DNA of 64,000 nucleotides from an uncultured archaeon (GCA_964590575.1 CAZPWM010000003.1:4587-68586), one strand, 5' to 3'. Positions 36,598-45,776 are shown, counted from the first letter of the stretch. Notes: generated by a model not told the origin, from the sequence alone. Numbers and translations: made by a program.

Positions 36598-37437
36598 TTA
36601 TGCCATATCATCTTTGTATGGTCTTAGTGCTCGTGTCAGATTGCTTGAATCTGAAAACTCTACTTTCAGTTCAGGAAATTCTAGACTGATAACATCTCGG
36701 AGTCGTTTCATTCCAGGTTCTTCAGTTACAAAAGCACCGAGTTCGAGTGTGCTAATCCCTTCTTCATTTGCTAGTAATCTAATATCTGGTGAAAGCTCTC
36801 CTGTAACCAACGTTTTTAGATCCTGGTTCTTGGCATTAATTATCTCGGGCATGTCTATACTATTCCCAGCAATCACGAGCACTCCACCAACCTCGTCATC
36901 AAGGTCTCCTGTGAATAACACAGTATCCAGGTTCAGCTTTTCTGCTATGAAATTGACAAAACCTGAGTGGTTTTTGGATACTGGTGACTTGCAGGTTCGA
37001 CCGATTGCCACTATATTTCCAAAGTCCCCCTCCGTCATAAAATCTCCAGTTCGTGTCAATCCAAGAGCTTCAACGAGTGCATCATTTAAGCCATCCCTTG
37101 TACACAACCACCCACTGCCAATCAGATACGACGAGATGTAATTCTTTGCTAACAATCTTACCCTTACAAGATCGAGCCCTGAGAGACGGTCAATAGCAAA
37201 TGGAAATAATGGACGATAGGTGACCAAGAGATTTGCTCTGTTCTGTGAAGCTTTAGTTATCACGCGTGCGGATGGATACGTAGCAATCAATAATCTGTTG
37301 ACTGTGGTGTTTGCCTTCTCAGAATCAGTCTGAGGGCCTATTTCCACCCGATTTTCCATGCCCCTAACTACTAGTTCTCGTGGGGCAATGCTCTCTAGGT
37401 ACTTGGTTATCTCGAGTAGGGTTGTCATCCATAACAC
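36598..37437 (-). CDS. Nif3/YbgI-like protein with degenerate metal-binding site
   Basis: Nif3 layout retained (L..IAP, LLVTYRPLF, V.GSG-like, TGE, LG.F.TE), but the His ligands are replaced. Confidence 0.8.
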   Translation of the reverse strand: MLWMTTLLEITKYLESIAPRELVVRGMENRVEIGPQTDSEKANTTVNRLLIATYPSARVITKASQNRANLLVTYRPLFPFAIDRLSGLDLVRVRLLAKNYISSYLIGSGWLCTRDGLNDALVEALGLTRTGDFMTEGDFGNIVAIGRTCKSPVSKNHSGFVNFIAEKLNLDTVLFTGDLDDEVGGVLVIAGNSIDMPEIINAKNQDLKTLVTGELSPDIRLLANEEGISTLELGAFVTEEPGMKRLRDVISLEFPELKVEFSDSSNLTRALRPYKDDMA

Positions 37438-37498
37438 CTATGATAGACTGCAACTTGACTAGCACATCAGTCTTTTCATTAAATGTTGCTATGTATAC

Positions 37499-38188
37499 TC
37501 AATCAGCAAATACAGGTTCAATATTGATAAGCAGAATCGAGGCAAAGTTTTGGATATCATCATAGAAGAACAGTCCTATAACGATATACATTTCTTCTTT
37601 TCCAAGTTCTGCATTCTCCACTATTACATCGTGATTTGGGTTGTGTTGTACTGTGAAATAGACCCACATAGTCACCTCGACTGGAGGACAGCATGTGCAT
37701 AATGGGACATACTGATGCAATTGGAATCCATCAGTTCGTCGTTGCAAAATACTTCCATTGACCTCAACATTCAATCCATCGTACTTATTACCAAAGTTGG
37801 CAAGTTCAAAGAGATTCGTCTTGGTTCTATTCTCAGGTATTTCATCGAAGAATCTCTCACCAACCACTCCATTGATCCAGTCGTAATTATTAGTCGAGTC
37901 CACAACAATCATTGGTGTAATCACCAGAAGGATAATTGGCAATACTATGGGGACTCCATTCATTCTTGGTCCAAATCTGCTCTCACCCGATGTTGCAGCA
38001 CAGACCTGACAGTATCTGGCCTCGGGGTCTCTGTGCTGTCCAATCACAACCGCAATTCCAGAAAGTATTAGAATACTAGAGTTGATAGCTGAGAAGACTG
38101 TGTCATATTGAAGTCTGAAGACAAGAATCGTGACCCCAAGCAGTACAAGAAGCCATCCATGATTTGCTCGTGTTCCTTTAGAAGTCAA
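37499..38188 (-). CDS. YcgQ/DUF1980-like membrane protein
   Basis: Three N-terminal TMs, then G..VEV.G...F.L...CTCC. TTG start overlaps the permease stop codon (TTGA). Confidence 0.6.
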   Translation of the reverse strand: MTSKGTRANHGWLLVLLGVTILVFRLQYDTVFSAINSSILILSGIAVVIGQHRDPEARYCQVCAATSGESRFGPRMNGVPIVLPIILLVITPMIVVDSTNNYDWINGVVGERFFDEIPENRTKTNLFELANFGNKYDGLNVEVNGSILQRRTDGFQLHQYVPLCTCCPPVEVTMWVYFTVQHNPNHDVIVENAELGKEEMYIVIGLFFYDDIQNFASILLINIEPVFAD

Positions 38189-39246
38189 AATATCATCACC
38201 GCCCAGAGAACATTGAACAAAAATCCAATCGCTAGAATGAAAATTACAGAAATGAATAAGTACGCAACTATCAGTTTTCTATCAAGGTACCCAAACATCA
38301 TACCAACATACGCCATTCCTAACAGTGGTCCAGCTAAGAAGAATGAAACAAGACCCCCAGTACTAAGGCCAAGGTCTTGGAATGTTTTTCCAATTGGCGG
38401 ATCTGCTGTGGGACAAAGGCAGAAAACTACTCCCATAAACACTCCTACCGGTATAGAAGTGATTAATCCTGTGAAATAGCCATAGAACAGAGATTGATCA
38501 AGTACTGCAACAAAGATGGCAAGGATAGTGACCGCGAAGACATAGTACTTCCCAACCTCGAGTGTTTCTTCACCCATGTCCCATAAAGCTTGAATTCTCT
38601 TTGATATTTTAAAGCTAGGTTCAGCTGGTTGTCCAAACGCCCTGCCACCTACAACTACCTTTTCTGAGTAAATTCTATCGGATAGAATAGGACCATCATG
38701 TAAGATGTCTAAGAACACCCCCCCAATGATTCCTAAGACAATCATTGACACAGTCCGAATAACAGCTATAGGGACACCAAAAACCGCAGCGGTGACTACA
38801 AAGACAACCGGATTTGCTGCAGGCGATGAGAACAGAAATGCAAAGGCTGCCTTTCTTGGCATCTTCTGTTCAACAAGTGTAGCGAACAGAGGTAGTAATC
38901 CACAAGTACAGACAGGTACAAGTACTCCCATCAAAGATCCCAATACTACTCCTGAGCGCTCATGTTCTACCAACCTTAACATTAGATTCTCAAGGGGAAT
39001 GTACGTCTTCACTATGCTACCAATTACTATTCCAAGCAAAAGATAAATCAGCGACCCAAAGAAGATTCCCGAAAAAACTCTAACAAATAGTGAGAGGTTG
39101 AACGACGTGCCATAATAGTGGAGCCAGAGTATGACTCCCAGTAGTAGAACGGTTAGAAGCAGGAATCTGATTTCATATAGGTATCGAAGACGAGAGGTCT
39201 TGGGTATCGTGATTTCAATCTCAACAGTTTCTCCGGAAGTTTCTAT
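38185..39246 (-). CDS. DUF318 (ArsP/YcgR-like) permease with non-canonical start
   Basis: PVCTCG.LP, FLFSSPAANP, FCLCPTADPP, FFLAGP. The frame stays open and TM-rich upstream of the TTG at 39039, with no ATG/GTG/TTG. Confidence 0.8.
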   Translation of the reverse strand: METSGETVEIEITIPKTSRLRYLYEIRFLLLTVLLLGVILWLHYYGTSFNLSLFVRVFSGIFFGSLIYLLLGIVIGSIVKTYIPLENLMLRLVEHERSGVVLGSLMGVLVPVCTCGLLPLFATLVEQKMPRKAAFAFLFSSPAANPVVFVVTAAVFGVPIAVIRTVSMIVLGIIGGVFLDILHDGPILSDRIYSEKVVVGGRAFGQPAEPSFKISKRIQALWDMGEETLEVGKYYVFAVTILAIFVAVLDQSLFYGYFTGLITSIPVGVFMGVVFCLCPTADPPIGKTFQDLGLSTGGLVSFFLAGPLLGMAYVGMMFGYLDRKLIVAYLFISVIFILAIGFLFNVLWAVMIF

Positions 39247-39260
39247 TTGTTCACCCCGCG

Positions 39261-41693
39261 TCAGGGCGTCTTCCTCCTCTTGGCGATGAATAAGACGACG
39301 AAAAGGACAACAACCAGAGCCCCTCCTATAGCTGCAGATAGGAGAAGATCAACAGGATTTCCGGAAAAACCTGTAGTTCCTAAACCAACGACCTCGTAGG
39401 CCCCTCCCTCTATTCTGAATGTATTACCTAGAATGTCGGTTATAGTAATATAGAAGGATATTGTGATGTTGGTTGAGAATGGGCCTAGAACCAAACCATA
39501 ACTATCACCAAAATTCTCGAGTCCTGCAACAACCCCGCCACTACCATTATCATAGTGCAGAAGCGCGAAAGTTATCATTCTAATGTCATCTCTGTTCCTC
39601 AGTAGTCGAATTGTAATCTCTCCCTCTACATCGTCAACTTCCACATCGAGATTATCAATAATCCCACCAATGGTATATGTTACTGCCATGTGCTCTTCGG
39701 TAGCATTTGAACATCGTATATTGATTGCAATTTTTGTGTAACCAAAACTGGTGGCATTAAAATTCAAGATCACGGTCTGATTGGTTCCTGCTTCTAATTC
39801 TAGAACTATTGGATTCTTTTCTAAAGTGAGAGATTTGACAATATATGGTGTCATGTTGAGTGTTACTGAATACGGGTTTGAGTTGGAGATTGTTACATTG
39901 AATTGCAGAGTAGATCCCGGCTCAATCACTCCTAAATTTCGAGAGGACTGTGTGATGTTTATACCTAATGCGAAATCCGATAGGCTTTCATCTGTCAATC
40001 GAAGAGCTCGTGATGGGTTCCACCATTCTAATGCAGTTTCTGCAGCTCCAAGATACCCTCGTGATAGTGCTTGCCAACCCCTCTCCCCCTCGATTTGGTC
40101 AAGCTGATTCCCGCAGTCCTCCACTGCTGATTCAGCCTGGTCCCAGATTTCGAGCAGTCTGTCTACCCAAACTCCACGTCCAATGATGACTTTATTGACC
40201 AAGTCAAGAACCACAATTCTGAAATCAAGTACGGCCTCCTTGAAGTCCTCCACTGATATAGTGCCGTTTGGTCCTGAAGGGTTATTGACAAATGCAACAT
40301 TCCGAACAAGTCCAAGATTACGATATGCATGACCATCATTTGATGCTACGAATGGTGTGAAGTAGCATGACTCACCTAAGGCATGAAAATAGGCTCTACA
40401 GTCAACTTCAAATGCATCATAACCATAGGCATCGAACTTAATCCAAGGGTCGATATAGGCAAAGCCAATTGTAGGATGAGCAAGTACCGAAATCGCTCCT
40501 TGCGAATGAATTTCACTTACCGCTTCTGTAATATCGTCAGTGAAGATATTGTCAGTCAATGGAAATCCGACAGTGTGGGGTATACTTGATAGTTCTGCGC
40601 CAATGAAAATTGGACAATCAAGTCCATATCTCTCTTGATATGCTCTTGCATCAAGACCTCCAACTATGCCGTTGTTTGAGGACGTATCGTATGAATGATC
40701 TGAAACTAAAAAGAAATCGAGAGCTGTTTCAAGTGCTCGATCCACCATAATACCTGGGCTGTCCTCTCCATCACTACGCGTTGTATGATCATGATAGACA
40801 CCATTGAAGATATGATATTCCTCAATCTCAGTCGGTGAGAGTGCTGGCCCCGACCCCGTTCTAATGATAATCTTCTCTGGAACACTGACTGTTCTTGGTG
40901 CGTTTCCGGCAAGCCAATCTATAACATTGAGTGAGAATTGGTAGTGATCATCCCATTCGACTCTCCAACCTGAATCATGACGATACTGTATAAACGGGGC
41001 AAGCGGACCTACTGCTACGACTCTTCCCGAACCAGCTTGGGAGTATGCAACTGTTGGAGAACCCTCGTATGTACCAATGACAGTCGCAGGTGATGTAACT
41101 GTAAGCGTACAGCCACGTAATTGATCACAATTAGAATGAATTGACGCAACATCATATGTAAGGTCGTGCTCAACCAAGTCTCCATTCTCTTTGATACATT
41201 TACCCAACCATCTATCCATATTGAAGGTGATTCCATAGGTTTCAGAGACTGGATTCAGATGCTCTGGTGTATAGTCCCAGTCGTAACCAACATAATCAAC
41301 CCCCACTAGTAGAAGCCCTCCACCCGACTCCACAAAATTCTGAACTGCTATAACTTCTCCTGATGATAGTGCTATTTGTGGAAAGAAGAGACACAAGATA
41401 TCAAAACTTGCAAGAATGCCACTATCTAGAAGGGCCCCCCAGTTGGTGGAGGATTCATATCCATGTGCTTCAAGCAATGCACTAAACACTGATGCATTTC
41501 CTGGGGTCCACATGTCTGAGCCCCTGTCACAATGCGACTCATCAAACAGAATCTTCGCTGTTTGGAACGCCTGAGATTGATTATATTCGGAAGCGGAATC
41601 GCTTTGATTAACTGCTAAGTTTCCAATAAGATTGGGAACATACATAGCAGACACAAACAACAGTAGTATCATTATTGGGGTGTTTCGTTGCAT
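39261..41693 (-). CDS. surface-anchored protein: GATase1/DUF4350-like domain, CehA/McbA-type PHP metallohydrolase, Ig-like domains
   Basis: Signal peptide; ILFDESH...FVESGGGLLL; YHDHT..SDG, SDH, GAE..H, LAHP, SNDGH; C-terminal TM and KRRK tail. Confidence 0.85.
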   Translation of the reverse strand: MQRNTPIMILLLFVSAMYVPNLIGNLAVNQSDSASEYNQSQAFQTAKILFDESHCDRGSDMWTPGNASVFSALLEAHGYESSTNWGALLDSGILASFDILCLFFPQIALSSGEVIAVQNFVESGGGLLLVGVDYVGYDWDYTPEHLNPVSETYGITFNMDRWLGKCIKENGDLVEHDLTYDVASIHSNCDQLRGCTLTVTSPATVIGTYEGSPTVAYSQAGSGRVVAVGPLAPFIQYRHDSGWRVEWDDHYQFSLNVIDWLAGNAPRTVSVPEKIIIRTGSGPALSPTEIEEYHIFNGVYHDHTTRSDGEDSPGIMVDRALETALDFFLVSDHSYDTSSNNGIVGGLDARAYQERYGLDCPIFIGAELSSIPHTVGFPLTDNIFTDDITEAVSEIHSQGAISVLAHPTIGFAYIDPWIKFDAYGYDAFEVDCRAYFHALGESCYFTPFVASNDGHAYRNLGLVRNVAFVNNPSGPNGTISVEDFKEAVLDFRIVVLDLVNKVIIGRGVWVDRLLEIWDQAESAVEDCGNQLDQIEGERGWQALSRGYLGAAETALEWWNPSRALRLTDESLSDFALGINITQSSRNLGVIEPGSTLQFNVTISNSNPYSVTLNMTPYIVKSLTLEKNPIVLELEAGTNQTVILNFNATSFGYTKIAINIRCSNATEEHMAVTYTIGGIIDNLDVEVDDVEGEITIRLLRNRDDIRMITFALLHYDNGSGGVVAGLENFGDSYGLVLGPFSTNITISFYITITDILGNTFRIEGGAYEVVGLGTTGFSGNPVDLLLSAAIGGALVVVLFVVLFIAKRRKTP

Positions 41694-41893
41694 GACCCTG
41701 CCTCAACATTCGTAATAATGAATATGGATTCAATTACAAAATAAAGCCAACACATGCTTTAATCTTTCGTATTAATATGCGTATGATTCCTTGAGTTTCA
41801 GAATTGCATGATTGTCTGGTTTTGGACAGATACGCCAAAATATGTAACAGCCGCAGCTTTAGAATGTAGAACTCCCTGAATTTGAATGTATGA

Positions 41894-42310
41894 CTACTCG
41901 TCCTCTTTCTCAATGATATCTTCATCGATATCCTCATCGTAGGAGTAGAGATCCTCAAGTTCTTTGTCAATTTCTTCTAGCTCAGGCTCATCCTCAACCA
42001 CTTCTAGCTCCGGTTCTTCTTCTTCAATTTCTTCAAGCTCTGGTTCATCATCAAAGATTTGAAGTTCCGGTTCGTCGTCAATAACCTCAAGTTCTGCGTC
42101 TTTCTTCTTGGGTTTCTTTGTTGGCTTGGTCTTCTTTTTCTTCTTCTCAGCAACTATTACTGGAGCGACGGTTCCTTTCCGCTTGAGTTTCAACAAACTC
42201 GCTTTAGCAGCTTGGAGTTTCCGCATCCTTCTGAAGTCAATCTGCTGAGGATTCTGGGTATTTCTAAGACGCGTTAATTCAATTTTGATGGCCCTTTCCT
42301 TGTTTACCAT
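41894..42310 (-). CDS. hypothetical protein with basic N-terminus and acidic repeat tail
   Basis: K/R-rich helix and linker, then about five EPEL(E/Q)xx(D/E)(D/E) repeats. Confidence 0.75.
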   Translation of the reverse strand: MVNKERAIKIELTRLRNTQNPQQIDFRRMRKLQAAKASLLKLKRKGTVAPVIVAEKKKKKTKPTKKPKKKDAELEVIDDEPELQIFDDEPELEEIEEEEPELEVVEDEPELEEIDKELEDLYSYDEDIDEDIIEKEDE

Positions 42311-42445
42311 TTCATAACACCGTCGCGTTCACAGCGTCACTCTGTGATTGTTTTATAACTGTGTCGGGACTTCTTTAAGACAAGCCTTTTCTTCTTCATA
42401 GTATGGACAAAGGATGTGTATTGCAGACCTGTGGGTGGTTGATAT

Positions 42446-42967
42446 ATGAGCAAGAAGAAAGTCAGTAAGATGGTCAGTATTCGTTTTAGAATGGACCAAA
42501 GTCTACTAGACCGAATTGATCAGATTGCAGGTGAGCGGGGTCGCCAGAAATATATCCATGATGCAGTCGTCTGGCGTTTGGATGAGGAACTACCACCCGT
42601 TGTATTTGATTTGGTTCAGGATGTAGAAGCACTGAAAGCCCGAGTGGAACATCTCGAGAATGCCCGCGCGACAAGTGTTCAGTTGAGTGAACTCAATGAT
42701 GTAGCTCGGAATGAGCTATGTAGCGACGAACTAGACCGGAAATTACTCGCATATTTCATTAAAAATGAAGGTGCCACAACTCCTGAGATTGCTGATGGTC
42801 TTCTTGGAAATTCTGAAAAACGTAGAACAGTTCTTGACCGAATTGACCGTCTAAACAAACGCGCGCATCAACTCTTTGATGCCCCTGTTCTGGTATATAG
42901 GAAAGGGTTTGTCAAGAACAAACGTGGGGCTTGGTGGATTACTAACCTCGAGCACATCATTGTCTGA
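42446..42967 (+). CDS. putative DNA-binding protein (RHH-like N-terminus, coiled coil, wHTH-like C-terminus)
   Basis: SIRFRMDQSLLDRID...RQKYIHDAV; DRKLLAYF...GATTPEIA...W.I. Confidence 0.7.
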   Translation: MSKKKVSKMVSIRFRMDQSLLDRIDQIAGERGRQKYIHDAVVWRLDEELPPVVFDLVQDVEALKARVEHLENARATSVQLSELNDVARNELCSDELDRKLLAYFIKNEGATTPEIADGLLGNSEKRRTVLDRIDRLNKRAHQLFDAPVLVYRKGFVKNKRGAWWITNLEHIIV

Positions 42968-42978
42968 TTTAGCAAATC

Positions 42979-42984
42979 TTTATA
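42979..42984 (+). promoter_or_regulatory. TATA box of tRNA-Arg(CCG)
   Basis: CAAA-TC-TTTATA, 24-29 nt upstream of the tRNA 5' end. Confidence 0.55.
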
Positions 42985-43007
42985 GAACACAACTCTGTTT
43001 GGCTCTT

Positions 43008-43085
43008 GGGGCCGTAGTCTAGCATGGATAAGGCACCAGCCTCCGGAGTTGGTAATCCCCGGTTCGAATCCGGGCGGTCCCGCCA
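43008..43085 (+). tRNA. tRNA-Arg(CCG), CCA encoded
   Basis: Acceptor stem GGGGCCG/CGGTCCC, anticodon arm CCAGC-CTCCGGA-GTTGG, T arm CCCGG-TTCGAAT-CCGGG. Confidence 0.96.
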
Positions 43086-43158
43086 ATCAACTTGCTTTTC
43101 CCTCTCGGAGTTTAAAAGACCTCATTTAGCAGTGTATTGTGAACGTGAGGTTAATCAC

Positions 43159-43365
43159 ATGAGTTTCATACATGGACAGGGTGCATCTGTAGATCGCGTT
43201 GTGAGCAGGTTCACTAGGTATCTCAATGGTCCGATGGGTAAATCTGTGCTTGACAATCTCGAAGAGGGTGAACATTTCATTCTACAGACTTCTGATCATA
43301 CCTTTCGTGTGACCAAAAAGAATGGCTGCGCCGTCGTGGAGCTTCTTCAAGTACAGCTCGCTTGA
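43159..43365 (+). CDS. small hypothetical protein between the two tRNAs
   Basis: 68-aa ORF from ATG 43159, with GTGAGGT upstream. Confidence 0.6.
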   Translation: MSFIHGQGASVDRVVSRFTRYLNGPMGKSVLDNLEEGEHFILQTSDHTFRVTKKNGCAVVELLQVQLA

Positions 43366-43413
43366 TGTACTGCACATCTCATGCCAATCCTTGTGCTTTC
43401 ACAACGAAGACTC

Positions 43414-43419
43414 TATAAG
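43414..43419 (+). promoter_or_regulatory. TATA box of tRNA-Arg(GCG)
   Basis: CGAAGA-CTC-TATAAG, 24-29 nt upstream of the tRNA. Confidence 0.5.
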
Positions 43420-43442
43420 TCAAATTAGGCCTCCCGTTGAAT

Positions 43443-43520
43443 GGGGCCGTAGTCTAGCCTGGATAAGGCACCAGCCTGCGGAGTTGGTAATCCCCGGTTC
43501 GAATCCGGGCGGTCCCGCCA
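43443..43520 (+). tRNA. tRNA-Arg(GCG), CCA encoded
   Basis: Same cloverleaf as 43008, with anticodon loop CT-GCG-GA. Confidence 0.96.
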
Positions 43521-43635
43521 TTCCTTTTCCAAAGATACAACACACCATCGCTCGACAAGAAGCTTAAATGCAGTGCTAAAATCGACAACGCATAAGTGGA
43601 AAGAATACTTTTCACGCTTCTGAGAGACCTCCAAC

Positions 43636-44763
43636 ATGCAATTCACACCACAACGCCTGGATAAAGTGCATCGAGCTATGCGTAAAGAAGAGATTGATGT
43701 ATTACTCATCACCAACAAGCAGGATATTCAGTACCTGACAGGTTACAGGTATCGCGATGTGAATGTACCAATCTGCTGTTTGATAACAGAGGACCATCAG
43801 CCACAGCTGGTTCTTCCAGGTACGCAAGAGATTATGACGCCTCGAGACACAATAATAGCTAAGATGCGATCATTCGATGAAACGACTTCTAAGGGTTTCT
43901 CGCGAGTTCGCGGCGATGCTTTCTGGGATTTAATTAAGGGGATTCTGAAGGAGCTTGGTTTGACGGGAAGCATGATTGGGTTGCAACATGACTGGCTTTC
44001 AGTCCGTGAGTTCGAGAAACTGAAACAAAAACTACCGGAGGCTGGATTCAAGGACTTCTCACCGGCATTGTGGAAGTTAAGACACATTAAGGATGCTTCA
44101 GAAATTGATGCAATACGCCAAGCTGTGAATATTAGCGAGATTGGCCTTCGAACTGCTCTAGAAGTTGTAGCAACAAGCAAATCAGAGCAAGAAGCTTCAC
44201 TAGAGATTGAATCCGCAATGAGGAGGGCAGGAGGTCAACAGCCTGGAATTAGGGCTGCAGTTTTATCAGGTGCGCAAGCACATCTTCCTTTTTCAGAACC
44301 TAGCGCATCGAGAATCAGTGGTCATGAATTAGTTATTTTAGACATAACTGTGAGCCATGCTGGGTATTTCGGAGAAGTAGCAAGAACTACCCATCTTGGC
44401 AAACCCTCAAACAAACAGAAACGCCTCTTCGAGTACATACTCAATGCAGCACGGTTGCTAGAGAAAAGGCTCAAACCTGAAGCACAAATCAAAGATGTAG
44501 TAGAGAAGACTTTGAAGAAGTTGGGAAAGAATTTCCCGCCTGATACTATTGTTCAACCATTAGGCAACTCAATCGGGCTTGATCTATATGAACCTCCATA
44601 CATTGTACCCGATGTTCAACAGACCCTACGAGAAGGGATGATATTTTCAATTCATCCAACTGGATATGTTGATGGTGCAGGTCCAGCCAAGATTACAGAT
44701 ATTATCCTGATTACCGAGGATGGATGTGAGAATCTTACAACTTTGGCCCGTGAAACAATGTGA
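43636..44763 (+). CDS. M24 (Xaa-Pro peptidase/creatinase)-fold protein lacking most metal ligands
   Basis: Creatinase N-domain (QDIQYLTG), K...EI..IR.A, pita-bread C-domain with substituted ligands. Confidence 0.88.
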   Translation: MQFTPQRLDKVHRAMRKEEIDVLLITNKQDIQYLTGYRYRDVNVPICCLITEDHQPQLVLPGTQEIMTPRDTIIAKMRSFDETTSKGFSRVRGDAFWDLIKGILKELGLTGSMIGLQHDWLSVREFEKLKQKLPEAGFKDFSPALWKLRHIKDASEIDAIRQAVNISEIGLRTALEVVATSKSEQEASLEIESAMRRAGGQQPGIRAAVLSGAQAHLPFSEPSASRISGHELVILDITVSHAGYFGEVARTTHLGKPSNKQKRLFEYILNAARLLEKRLKPEAQIKDVVEKTLKKLGKNFPPDTIVQPLGNSIGLDLYEPPYIVPDVQQTLREGMIFSIHPTGYVDGAGPAKITDIILITEDGCENLTTLARETM

Positions 44764-45297
44764 TCATGTGTAATATTGCCATCTCTTCAGTTTCATGAAA
44801 ATCTGTGTGATGGTTTCAGCCCGAATCGTGTGTTTCTCAATCTCATCCCTTGAGATCTCCCTGATTTGGGCAGCAGGTGCTCCCGAGCTCAGAGTTCTTG
44901 GTGGAATCACGATATTGGGAGGGACAATACTTCCAGGTGCTAACGACACTCCCTCTCCTAGAGTGGCTCCATCGAAAATAACACATCCTTCTCCAATGTT
45001 TGCACTATCTCCAACGTAGACTCCATGAATTACGGTTGCAGTAGAAATAATGACGTTGTTACCGATAATCGCTGGATTTTCCTCAGTATGAGCATGTATA
45101 ACAACACTGTCCTGAATACATGTATTCTCGCCAATGCGGACAGAGGTTTGATCCCCCCTTATGACCGCACCTGGCCAGATACTAGCTCCCGGACCTATAT
45201 CTACATCTCCCACTATAGTTGCTTGAGGGCTGACATAGGCTTGCGCGTCAATCTTCGGACTCTTATCACCAAATGGTAGTACTGGCAAATATAACAC
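44764..45297 (-). CDS. gamma-carbonic-anhydrase-like hexapeptide-repeat protein
   Basis: A.I.GDV.IG..ASIWPGAVIRGD...IG...IQD..VIH. GTG start. Confidence 0.9.
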   Translation of the reverse strand: MLYLPVLPFGDKSPKIDAQAYVSPQATIVGDVDIGPGASIWPGAVIRGDQTSVRIGENTCIQDSVVIHAHTEENPAIIGNNVIISTATVIHGVYVGDSANIGEGCVIFDGATLGEGVSLAPGSIVPPNIVIPPRTLSSGAPAAQIREISRDEIEKHTIRAETITQIFMKLKRWQYYT

Positions 45298-45368
45298 CTC
45301 TATTCTGTCTGGAATTACACCCGTCGCGCAGTCATATAAAACATCATGTGATTTGTAGGTTGCATCCT

Positions 45369-45776
45369 TTATTTGCCTAAGAAGTTACTAATCACCTCTT
45401 CATAGTGCTCAGCAGGTCTCAGACCTATCAAACGATCTATTATTTTTGTTTCACCAGTTTTTTGATGACTAATCTCATATTTTGCAGGTTCACCATCAAA
45501 AAACATGAGGACACAGGGTATTGCATGGATTTGATGGTCCATCGCAAATTGGCGATGTTCCTCTGTGTTAACCTTCAGAAATTTGACATCTATATTCTTA
45601 GCGTACTTCTCTTCAAGCTCCTCAAGAATGGGTGTCAGCGCTTTACAAGGTTGGCACCATTCGGCCCAGGCATCAACAAAAACGAGTCTGACCTGAGTGA
45701 TTATTCTCTCAACATCTGCTGGGGATACATCATCGACCATGAATTTTCGATTGCATGGCAGGCTATCAATCTTCAC
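45369..45776 (-). CDS. thioredoxin
   Basis: DAWAEWCQPC, AIPC. Confidence 0.92.
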   Translation of the reverse strand: MKIDSLPCNRKFMVDDVSPADVERIITQVRLVFVDAWAEWCQPCKALTPILEELEEKYAKNIDVKFLKVNTEEHRQFAMDHQIHAIPCVLMFFDGEPAKYEISHQKTGETKIIDRLIGLRPAEHYEEVISNFLGK

